Below are positions 27,744 to 40,700 of a stretch of 64,000 nt of DNA, one piece after another. The stretch's first letter is position 1. The number at the start of each line of letters is the position of its first letter. The DNA lies in NCBI RefSeq assembly GCF_006345805.1, contig NC_043011.1:4464001-4528000 (forward strand), given 5' to 3'. Under the pieces are notes generated by a model. It was not told where the DNA came from and did no database searches. It saw only the letters and a program-made list of their open reading frames with translations. The position numbers were made by a program, and so were the translations under genes. The stretch comes from Octopus sinensis (Eukaryota).

Positions 27744-30000
27744 GCTCTTAAGGAGCGTCCTCGTTCGAATTGCGTTGCTGCGCCTCTGTTTTGTTTTGTT
27801 CTGTCAACGGAATTCCTGTTTTTTCCTGAAGAGAAAGCCACAATATGGTACCCTTATTTAATCAGAATTTGGAAATTTGTGGCCTTTGAAACATGTGAAG
27901 AATGTAATAAAAGGAATTCTGTACAATCTTCGTTCAACTCCATTTCTTCCATTCACTAATAATATATATATATATCTACCTACCTACCTACCTACCTACC
28001 TACCTACCTACATATGTATCAACCTATCTATTTTTCTACCTAAATACCTATCAACCTATCTATCTACTTACATACCTATCAACTGTCTATCTGTCTACCT
28101 CAGTGTTTCCCGACGTGAGGCATGGGAAAATTGGGGGTGGGACATGTATTAGCATGGGTCATGAAAGTTTTTGCAACTGACTTGAGTGCCTACTTGTTGA
28201 TCCCTAAACCTATCTTTGAACATTTAAAGGAAAAAAAAAACATCATGCGCAGGAGTGGCTGTCTAGTAAGTAGCTTGCCAACCAACCATAAGGTTCCTGG
28301 TTCAGCCCCACTGCGTGGCACCTTGGGCAAGTGTCTTCTGCTATAGCCCCAGGCCGACCAATGCCTTGTGAGTGGATTTGGTAGACGGAAACTTAAAGAA
28401 GCCTGTCGTATATTTGTATATATATATATGTATGTGTGTCTGTGTCTGTGTTTGTCCCCCTGTTTGTCCCCCGAGGCTATAGTAGAAGACACTCACCCAA
28501 GGTGTCACGCAGTGGGACTGAACCCGGAACCATGTGGTTGGTTAGCAAGCTACTTACCACACGGCCACTCCTGCACCTCAGTATTCTTAAAAACTGTACA
28601 ACAAAAAGGTGATAGAGATGTCAGGGTAATGCCACTCAGTAATAACATTGTCTCCAACAGAATTCATGAAAACAGAATTCAAGATGTTGAAAACCTGCCT
28701 ATTGAGACATTAAAATCATGAAAATTCTCATTACAAATGGACGAATCCACATTTCAGGACAGTGAGGTCCTGTTATTTGTCTTATGTGAGATATATTGAG
28801 CATGGGGCTTTTCAGGGAGAGATGTTGTTTTGCAAACCATTGGAAACAGCCACAACTGCAAAGGACATCCAATGCAAAACTTAAAATGTTATTTGGATGC
28901 AAACAAAATATCAAAAGAAAACTTACTGACCTGCACGGCAGATGGTGCACCTGCTTTGATGAGCAAGAAACGGGATGCTTAAAAGTGATGAAGGATCAAA
29001 AGCCAAACATGCTGATTGTCCATTGTGTCATACACCAAGAAAACCTGATTGCCAAAAAATTGTCCCCTGTTTTTAACGAGATTCTGTGTACTGTGATCAA
29101 GTGTTTCAATAGCATTGAAGCAAATCCCAAAGCCAAACATCTATTTTAGCAGTTTTATGTAAATCAAAGTGCCGAGCATGTTTGATTACTGCTTCATACA
29201 GAAGTAAGGTAGATATCAAGGGGAAATAGCTTAAGAAGGTTCTTGGAATTATTTGATCAGCTTAACGACTTTTTCAGTGATAAATGTGAAATGAAAATGC
29301 TGTCAACAATGGATGGAAAAGCGTTCATCAGTTATTTGACAGACATCTTTGAGAAACTTGGAAACTTGAATAAACAACTCCAAGGTGCAAAACATGATGC
29401 TTGTTGATGTGAAAGCAAAGATTTTTGGATTCATTACAGCCCTCAAAATATGTCAAAAAATGTTTCCAAAAGAAATTTCAGTCAGTTATACTGGTTGAGT
29501 AAATGTAAGAAAACAAATGATGCTACCACCGTAATTATTGACCATTTGAATTTCTTAATAAAGGACTTCAACGACAGATTTTGTGATTTGAAGGCAATGA
29601 ATTTTTCCCTCTTGGTTAACTCAGCCACTGCTGCTTGACATTTCTGATGCTGCAGTTCAATACTAAGAAGAGTTACCAAAATTGCAGCGTTATGAATCAG
29701 TGAAGAATTTCTTTAAATTGAAAGGTACAAATATGTGGTTATGTGACTGGGTTAAAAGAAAATACCCAAATATCTCTACATCAGCAAGAGAGCTATTGAT
29801 TCATTTTCCGTTGGCCAAATGTGGATAGGCACAGGAGTGGTTGTATGGTAAGTAGCTTGCTAACCAACCACATGGTTCCGGGTTCAGTCTCACTGCGTGG
29901 CATCTTGGGCAAGTGTCTTCTACTATAGCCTCGGGCCGACCAATACCTTGTGAGTGGATTTGGTAGACGGAAACTGAAAGAAGCCCGTCGTATATATGTA

Positions 30001-30031
<31 letters not shown>

Positions 30032-33000
30032 GTGTGTGTGTGTTTGTCCCCCTAGCATTGCTTGACAACCGATGCTGGTGTGTTTATGTCCCCGTTACTT
30101 AGCAGTTCGGCAAAAGTGACCGATAGAATAAGTACTGGGCTTACAAAAGAATAAGTCCCGGGGTCGAGTTGCTCGATTAAAGGCGGTGCTCCAGCATGGC
30201 CACAGTCAAATGACTGAAACAAGTAAAAGAGTAAAAGAGAGTGCAGTTGAAAATTTACTGAAAGACAAGAGAAACCTGCTTGAAATTACAAAACATGGCA
30301 ATTTACACCTAAAGTCAGCAAAATTTTCTCCTCAAATAAAAGATCTGTGCCATATGCACCAGGCACAGGGTTCTCACTAAATGGGTTGAGGTATCCATCA
30401 CCTAGGTAACTGAATTACAAATCGTGTTTCTATATTAAAAATGTTCTATATTTTTTAAAAAATGTTGATGAGCACCAGATTTTCGTTATTAAAAAGTGGG
30501 GCACCGGTGAAAAAGGTTGGGAAACACTGATCTACCTATTTAGCTACCTATCAACCTATCTAACCATCTATCTATCTATTTGTTGACCAACTTACATATC
30601 CATCCTTCCTTCCCTCCCTCCCTCCCTCCCTCCCTCCATCCCTCCATCCATCCATCCATCCATCCATCCATCCATCCATCCATCCATCCATCCATCCATC
30701 TCTTATTCTACTTACATTTCTGTTGATGAATGTATCTGTCTACACTAACAATACAGACAAACATTTAAAACAAATAACTAAAAAAATAAAACTAAATAAT
30801 TGTGGTACTCCAGCATGGCCTCAGCCTTTGGGCTGCTACACACAAAAAGGTAAAAGTAAAATCCACAGCTATTTGCTCAGGTTATTTCACTTTGATTTAC
30901 CTTTGAACAGCTGTTGAATTTTTATAGTTTCCATTTTTCCCTTTCCTTCATTTCATTTCATTTCATTTGAGTTTGAGTCTATGCTCAGGCCAAGTCGAAG
31001 ACTCCATCCACCCTCTTCTTTCTCTTTATTTCTTCTCTTTTTGCAGCGTGCAAGGTGTTTGTAAGCCATTTAAGAAACACACAAAAGCCGTTTGTCAAAA
31101 TATTTTCGTCGCTATAAGACCGCGACCTGTTCACTGACAAAAATCTGTGCTGAGAACAGGTCACGGTCTTATAGCGACAAAAATATTTTGACAAATTAAA
31201 CTTAAATGTTGAAGTGAATCGAACGGCTTTTGTGTGTTTCTTAAATGGCTTACAAACACCTTTCATGCTGCAATTGTTTTGATCTCAGATCAAATCACTT
31301 GCTATGCAAGTACATCTCCGGTCTTCTCTTTTTCTTTTTAATTTATCATTGTTTTCTTTCTTTTACCTTGATTTAACTGTGTTGAAATATCTAGAAGGTA
31401 TAGAAATGGTTGAACATTGAAACCTGTAACAACAACTAATCTCTTATTTTTATTGTCTGTCACAATTATCCTATTATATGTTTAAAATCATGTAATGGGT
31501 TTTCCAGTCATGCATTCCTTTTCATCAACACACACTCTCTCTCTCTCTCTCTCTCTCTTTGCTTCTCAGTTCAGCTATACCACATGCCCCTGCATTTAAC
31601 ATATTTATATATCTCTCTACTTTCTACCTCTTTTCTCAACTAATTAACCACACAACATAATAGCCATATCTTTCTCTTACCCCTCAGCACTAACTCTCTC
31701 CCTCTCTCTCTCTCTCTCTCTCACTTTTCATTTTCCCTTGAACTAACCACTTGACAGTGTCTTAGCATAATAACTATTACTTTCTGCTTACCTCACATCT
31801 TTAACACTTCTCTCTTCTTCTCTTTCTCCCTCTTCTTCTCTTGCTCTTCACTTCTCCCTCCAGCTAATCATGTGACACTGTAATGCATTTGGCCTTAGCA
31901 TATCAATATATAGATTAATGATAAGAAAATACCATGAAAATGGACAGTAGATTGACAGAATCATTAGAACATCGGTTAAAATGCCTTGCAGCATTTGTTC
32001 TGGTTCTTTGCATTCTAGGTTCAAATCAACTTTGACTTTCATCTTTCCTGGGTCTATAAAAGAAAATACCAATCAAACACTGGGAGTTTTTATTGTTCAC
32101 ATCTCAGGACCTTGGTGGTTACTGAGATGTGGGCCATGGTTGGACAGTTTTTACACAGAAGACTGCAAACAAATTATAACATTTGCTTACAGTTAACTCA
32201 CAATGTCAAGACACGATGACCTGGACACACATACATACTCATGCTCTCTCTCACATATACATATATGTGTATATGTGTGTGTGTTTGTATGTATGTATGT
32301 ATAAACAAGAGGCACATAGTTTTGATCATCTCGTGTTTATATATTTAACCCAAGGACGATTTCACCTAGCGGGTAAATGTTATTTACTTGCTAAACTAAA
32401 ATCAGAAACCAATTGGTCCAGGAAACTAGATGGTAAAATGTTTTTATTTTTTCATTTTGTTCCTGTCAAATTTTATCCCTAATTTTGTGGTTATAGAACC
32501 TAGCTGTTCTTTCTAGCATGTTGAATCCCATGAGTGGATTCCTCATGTGCTTAAATGTACACTGTATTTTATGACTAATACATAGTCTTTTAGACCGAAT
32601 TTTTACACGTTAGGCCACTGGAAATGAAAATTTTAATTAATTTCCATTTCCCTTTGATATGATTAAGTATTGTATGTATGTGTGTATGTATGTATGTATT
32701 CAGACTAAACGTGACAGTTTGCATAAAAGGAATAAAAAAATATCCCATCCAAAATTTAAAATATTTTTTAAAAGATAAAAAATTATCAACTAGATTATGG
32801 CTGAGAGATAACAGTGTACTCAAAGTAACCATCTTCAGATTCCATGATGGTTCCAGAACTTGGTGCAGGCTTTCCTTGCTATGTCCCTGGGAAGATCTTC
32901 AAACACCCCTTGATCTTGGCTATGAGCTTATCCTTGGTGTTGCAGGCAGAGTGTTCGGTGTCTTTGTCAACTGTGTCCAGTCCAGAGTAATTCCGTGGGA

Positions 33001-36000
33001 TTGCAATTGGGGAAATTAAAAGGCCAGAAATTCTTCCACAATCACTTTTGACTCTTTCTGGAGGTATGGCAAGGAGCTGAATCCTGCTGCCACACATATC
33101 ACCTTCCAGTAGCAAGCTTCTCCAGCCAGGATTTGATCACAGTCTCCAGCAGCTTCACGTAGCTGTCTGAATTGAGCCTAAGGCCCTGTCCATCTGTTGC
33201 TGCATTAATTCCAGCATGTGGATGCAGTAAAAATACCTGTTGTGTCCCTTCTTACTGACCATGGCCTTGTAGACTCTGTTGCTGCTGTCCATGTCACATC
33301 TTGTAATCTTTACGGTGTTCATAGAGCATTGATTAACAGTTGTGATGTCAGTGTTTTGACACCTGGCACCAATGACCTTCCCAGGATTCACATGGCTTCC
33401 ATTCCTCCATCTCAACTGACTTTTGATCTTTATGCTCTTCAACATCATAGAGCAAGCTGTGCTTTATAAAAAGAGACCCTTGTTAGTATTGCAAAATGAA
33501 CGACCAAGCTGGTGATTAATACCTATTTCTTTACTGCCCACAAGGGCTAAACACAGAGAGGACAAACAAGGACAGACAAAGGGATTAAGTCGATTATATC
33601 GACCCCAGTGCGTTACTGGTACTTAATTTATCAACCCCGAAAGGATGAAAGGCAAAGTCGACCTCGGCGGTATTTGAACTCAGAACGCAGCGGCAGATGA
33701 AATATCGCTAAGCATTTCGTCCAGCGCGCTAACGATTCCGCCAGGTCCGCCTGATTAATACCATTTAACAGCATTTGCAGTTTCATTTTACCAAAATTAG
33801 AATATATAAATATTGGCTTCAAATTTTGGCCAGCAATTCTGAAGGCAGTAAAATTCAATTACACCAACCTCAGGATGAAAGGCAAAGTCAATCTCAACAG
33901 TACCTCAACTCACAGACAAAATCCCGCTAATCATTTTACCTGGCATGCTAATAATTCTGCCAGCTCACTGCCTTTAGAGTATATAAATACAATACTTGGT
34001 ATAAATAAATTACCAGCAATCACTTAAGGATTATATTCTATTGTAGCCACTTAACAATCAACAGATAAACTATTGCATTGCTGTCAAACAGGATCAAGTA
34101 TCACACTTAAATTTGATGTTTATGATGAGAATTAATTAATGGGTGACAAAGGAAACTATAATTTATATTTAAATCTTAACTATTCGTTTGTAATTATATA
34201 TAAGTGTGTAAAAGGATGTGTTTGTGTAGGCACGTATGAGTCAAATATGCATGCACACACACACGCATACACACACACAGACACACACACACACACATAC
34301 AAACACAAACACGCACACACACACATACACACACACACGCGTGCGTGCACACACACACATACACACACACACACATACACACACACAGACACACACACAG
34401 ACACACACACACATACAAACACACACGCACACACACACGCGTGCGTGCACACACACACACACACATAAACACACACATACACACACACATACACACACAG
34501 ACACACACACACAAACAAACAACAACAACAACAATATAAGTATTGTCATGTAGTTATGGCTTACTATGGTAATCTACATCATTTCTACGAATTATTTTTC
34601 CCGTGATTTATTTGTTATATTTCAATTTCTGAACTCAGTGAATATCTCTATTGAAATCTTACAGAATCTTCCTCATTAGCAATGCATATAGTCTTATTTC
34701 AACTGTTCGTTATTCTCCACCTTTCTGTCTCTTCACTCCACATTTGCAGCCTAAATTTATATTTCTTATCATTATTACTTGGATGGTGAATTAGCAGAAG
34801 TGTTAAAGCGTAGGATAAACTGCTTTCTGGTATTTGCTCCAACTCTTTACCTTTTCTAGGTTCAAATCCTGCTGAGGTCAACTTTGCCTTTCTTCCATGC
34901 TGGTTCAAGAAAACAAAATACCAGTCATGTACTGCAGTTCAGTATAATTGACTAACCCTTCTCTTAAAGATATTGTGCTTAAATTTGAAACAATTATTAG
35001 GATTATATATTTCTTTACTACCCACAAGGGCTAAACACAGAGGGGACAAACAAGGACAGACAAAGGGATTAAGTTGATTACATCAACCCCAGTGCGTAAC
35101 TGGTACTTAATTTATCGACCCCAAAAGAATGAAAGGCAAAGTCGACCTCGGCGGAATTTGAACTCAGAACGTAACGACAGACAAAATACGGCTACGCATT
35201 TCACCTGGTGTGCTAACGTTTCTGCCAGCTCGCCGCCTAATTATTAGGATTATAATTAATCATATATAATTAATAAGATGACAGATTTTATAGAATTATG
35301 GTACAGTGATAGAGTGATAGCATTACTCTTTTACTTGTTTCAGTCATTTGACTGCGGCCATGCTGGAGCATCGCCTTTAGTCGAGCAAATCAACCCCGGG
35401 ACTTATTCTTTGTAAGCCCAGTACTTATTCTATCGGTCTCTTTTGCCGAACCGCTAAGTGACGGGGACGTAAACACACCAGCATCAGTTGTCAAGTAATG
35501 CTAGGGGGACAAACACACACACATACACATATATATATATACATATATACGACAGGCTTCTTTCAGTTTCCATCTACCAAATCCACTCACAAGGCATTGG
35601 TCAGCCCGGGGCTATAGCAGAAGACACTTGTCCAAGATGCCACGCAGTGGGACTGAACCCGGAACCATGTGGTTGGTTAGCAAGCTACTTACCACACAGC
35701 CACTCCTGTGCATTCTTTACATTAATTTCTTTCCTCTACATTCAAAGCATAAATTCTACCAAAGTCAACTTAGCCTTCCATTTTTCTTTGAGATCAATAA
35801 ATAAAATTAACAAGGATGTAATGAAAATGAGTTAATTGCATAACTCCTCCCCATCTCAAAAAAAAAAAAAAAAATTCCAACAGAATTCAGGCCTTGAACT
35901 ATGCTAGCAACAATTAAAGGGGAGTTGAATGGTAACAGAATGTTGATTAAAATGTCTTGCAGTGTTTATTCTGGATTTTTACATAGCAAGTTCAAATCCT

Positions 36001-37745
36001 ACCAATGTCAACCTTTCACCTTTCTCGGGTCAATAAAATACAGTACCAAACAAATCCTCAATTTTTTCAAGTTCCATACAGAGAAGAGGATGGTGGGGGG
36101 GGGAGATATGCAGTCCACCTGAATTTGGTGAATTTGGTGGAAGGTAGAAGAGAATGGTGAGAATGGTTTGTATGAATAGGCTTACTCTCAGCATCGACCT
36201 GTTTGTCAAAGAACAAAGAGGTGAAAGAGGGCACTTGCTCTTGGTTGTTATGGTAATCCTACATTCACAGAGTTCCTTGATAGGACTTGAGTGAAGTGCA
36301 TGGCTTAGTGGTTAGGGTATTCGGCTCATGATTGTAAGGTCAGGAGTTCGATTCCTGGCAGTGTATTGTGTCCTTGAGCAAGACACTTTATTTCATGTTG
36401 CTCCTGTCCGCTTAGCTGGCAAAAACGAGTGGTACTTGTATTTCAAAGGGCCAGCCTTATTACATTCTGTGTCATGCTGAATCTCCCTGAGAACTTCATT
36501 AAGGGCACACATGCCTATGGAGTGCATAAGATCTGGTCATCAAATCTAAGTAGAGACTTCAAACTTGAAATCTTCAAAGCCACAGTCGAACAAATTCTAC
36601 TATATGGCTCAGAAACCTGGATGTTATCAAAGAAGCTTGAGAGGCGGTTGGATGGAACCTACACTCGCCTCCTTATGAGAGCTCAAAATCTCTCATGGAA
36701 GCGCCATCCAACCAAAATGCAAATATATGGGAAACTACCACCTGTGTCATCTCTTGTGAAAGGTAGGAGAGTCCAGTTTGCTGGACATTGTTGTAGAGCT
36801 GAAAAAGAGGTACTTTCTACTCTCCTCCTCTGGAAGCCATCTACTCGCAATGCCAGAGGGCGCACACTCTCCTACCCTGATGCAATCTCCAGGGATACAG
36901 GCATCCAGCAACAGGACCTCCGTAATGCCATGATGGACCGTGAAGTCTGGCATAGCATGGTAAATTCCATTGTCTCGACCACGGTCGAACACTGATGATG
37001 ATGATGATGGAGTGCTCATCCACTTGTACATTAATTTCATGAGCAGGCTGTTTTGTTGATCAGATCAGCTGGAACCCTCATTGTCATAACCAGTGGTGCC
37101 AGTTGATAGGTCTTAAATGATTGTCCTCAACTATCAGCATGCCTCATTTCATACCTCTTGTATATTGTTTTACATGCTGTAAATCCTCACCATTTTTGTA
37201 AATTACCTTTGTAATGTCTTCTTATTCGTCACCTTTGAAGCAAATAAAAGAAATCACTATTAGGATTCTTATTAATTTAAGAATTCTTACATAAAATTTG
37301 ATTTAAAAGTGTTATTTTAATGATTCAGTGCAAAAATTTAATTTTTTATTATTTAAGTTACATTTTCAAGAAAGTATTTCATATTTTTAAGCAATTTAAA
37401 AAAAAATACATTATTAACCTTTTAGCATTTATGTTATTTTGTCAAATGTAAAGCTTATTTATTCACCTTGTTTTGAATTACTCATGCTTTATTTTGTAAC
37501 TTTGAGAATTTTATGAAGTCATTACTCTTTACTCTTTACTCTTTTACTTGTTTCAGTCATTTGACTGCGGCCATGCTGGAGCACTGCCTTTAGTCGAGCA
37601 AATCGACCCCAGGACTTATTCTTTGTAAGCCCAGTACTTATTCTATCGGTCTGTTTTGCCGAACCGCTAAGTTACGGGGACGTAAACACACCAGCATCGG
37701 TTGTCAAGCAATGCTAGGGGGACAAACACAGACACACAAACGTAC

Positions 37746-37776
<31 letters not shown>

Positions 37777-40700
37777 TACGACAGGCTTCTTTCAGTTTCC
37801 GTCTGCCAAATCCACTCACAAGGCATTGGTCGGCCCGGGGCTATAGCAGAAGACACTTGCCCAAGATGCCACACAGTGGGATTGAACCCGGAACCATGTG
37901 GTTGGTTAGCAAGCTACTTACCACACAGCCACTCCTGCGCCTGTTAATTTGTTAATTTTTAGAACGACAATGTAGGGTTGGTGTGACAGGCCAGATCTGA
38001 CTATTTTGAAGATAAAGCAGGTAGAATAATTTGGCCAGATATAACCAGTTTAATTGCTAAAGGGTTTAATGACCCCTACTGCTACTCTGCTCCAGTTCCT
38101 CTTTCTGATACATTTTGGTCTTTTATTTTTCATTATGTTCAGATTAATTTTCAGTCCCGTGAGAGAAGTGTGACTTTGTAATGGCAGTGACATGTGAGTT
38201 GAGTGATGTACATTGCAGGGTACTGAAGGGAAATTAACTGAGCGGAATCTACTAGATGTTCGGCGCTACGTTAGAAGAAAAGCTGAAAGTGTGTGTGTTT
38301 GAAGTGTCAAGCACATGAAACACATTGACTGATGTATAAAGTGAGGATCACCGTGCCTATTGTAGATGGTACATTCTAGATTAAGAAGTTTTTAGGTTGA
38401 CTGTGATCAAACAAACTTATGATCAAAAATAGACACTCTAGCCATGATCATGTTATCTTTTAATGGTGTGTCTAGGACTGCATCAGTTAATGTTTCCTTT
38501 CATTATTCATGATATGTTTTGAGGGAGATTTGGCTGTCATTTCTAGCAGGTTAGATGACTATGCAGAGGCTCCCTTGTTGTCTCATAGCTGAAGAAGTAG
38601 TATGATGAGAGATAAAAATGAGATAGATCAAAGGACGCTTTGGATGGAGTTCTTAAGCCAAACCAATGCTCACTAAGCTTCACGGATGACATAGTAATGC
38701 AGAATATAGTCAGGTTTTTATTGTGAACCTAATACATCTAATCCAATTTAGAAAAACCCAGCATCTATGGTAGATTATAACAGGTACTTGAGCTGCAAGA
38801 AAAAGCAGCAAGCAAATTTTCCTCAAATCATATCGTACAGTCTTACAAAAGAGAAGCACACCCACACATTGGATACCCAATGTTTGAAAAGAACCAGATA
38901 GGATGGAACACCTTTGCTGAACATGGGCTAAACAGCCCATAGAAAATGGATATTAACCCTTTAGTGTTCAGGTTATTCTATCAAACATAATGTCTATTGA
39001 TTCCCATTGATTTGAATTAATCATGCATTATCTCATATCTTCAAGATCTTGATGGTGTACTTACTTAATGTAGAATAACATTGTAGGGTAGGTGTGAGAG
39101 CCTGGATCTGGTCAGTTTGAACATAAAACAGATTATGGCCGGTTTAAATACTAAAGGTTTAAACAATGGTAGTGATGCCGATGCCAACGGCAACAGCAGT
39201 GACATGGCAATGTTGATGATATCTCTATTTATTTTAAGGCAGTGAGCTGGCAGAACCATTAAGACACTGGGGAAAAGGCTTAGCAGAATTTCCTCCATCT
39301 GCACATTCTGAGATCAGATTCTGCCAAGGTTGACTTTGCCTTTCATCCTTCTGGGGTCAATAAAATAAGTGCCAATTGAACACCGGGGGGTTGATGTAAT
39401 CAACTTTCTCCCTTCCTCGAAATTTCTGGTCCAGTGCCAAAATCTGAATTCAATATCCCTATTCATTTCTCATCATTTATCTCTTCTCTCCCTAGGGTGA
39501 GTTACTCGTTAGGATCTGGCAGTGATATGGCAACATTTTACCAGCGTGCTGGTGTCCCAAGCATGGACTTTTTTTATACATATGATTCAGTAAGTATACT
39601 GTCAGTTTCTTTTTTTCTTTTATTGTATTTGTTTGTTAAAGGAAGAGTAGAACCCATAGACTCTTTTTCTTGTCAGCTTGTCACCTAAACATGAGAACTG
39701 GCATGATGGCTGAATAAATAATAATCTTATAGGAATAATCTTATAGGAATAATAATCTTATATAGAATGGTTGTATACTGTCAATCTAACACAAACGTGA
39801 CAGTAGGGGGTTACAAGAACGTGACAGTAGGGGGTACACCCCCCTACTGTCACGTTCTTGTTAGATTGACAGTATACAACCATTCTATCGCCCCACCACC
39901 GTACATGTCTCTACGAGAGATTTAGAAATTTAGTATTTCTAATCTTATATATAATCTTATAGAACTGGCATGATGGCTGAATAAATAATAATCTTATAGG
40001 AATGTAAGTTCATTAGATATTGGGGAACAAGCTTCTGCGTTAATGCTTTTAAGACCAACAGCAGTTTGAACATAGGAAATAGTCTTCAAGTAGTGATCAA
40101 AAGGAAGTCACTGACTACTTGGCTTACCCAGTGACAAATATTCAATTTCTTCAAGTTCCATAAAGAGTGAAGATGGAGTGGGGTCTGCTGTCTGCCCATA
40201 AATTTGGTGGAAGGTGAATGAGAATAACCAAACACACAACTCTGTAGAAATGGAGTAATTGTCTGATTTCTAGCTGACATTTTTAAAGATATACCACTAT
40301 ACAGGCTTCAGTATCTTTGGTAGGGTGTATGTCTCCTCAGGTTTCCTTATTAAAAGAAAAGAGATATCTTTGTTTATATGTATACAACATGACTGAATGG
40401 TTAAGATGTTCACTTAGTAATCGCAAGGTATTGGAAATATGTGGCAACCTGTTGAACAGATTATAATCTCTAGTTTAACTATGAACCTTTGTTGCATTGT
40501 GTTACATTGATTCCACCAGAGAATTACATTAAGTACATATGTCTGTGGAATGGTCAGTCAATGACATGTTATTCAGTGAGAAGAGAGGTTAGTTTCTGAA
40601 AACTTATCAAAAATCATCAAAACAATTTTGATGTGTATAAATCAATTCCACTATTCTACCTAACTTCTGTATCAGGATTCTGGTAATTTTTAATTCATTA

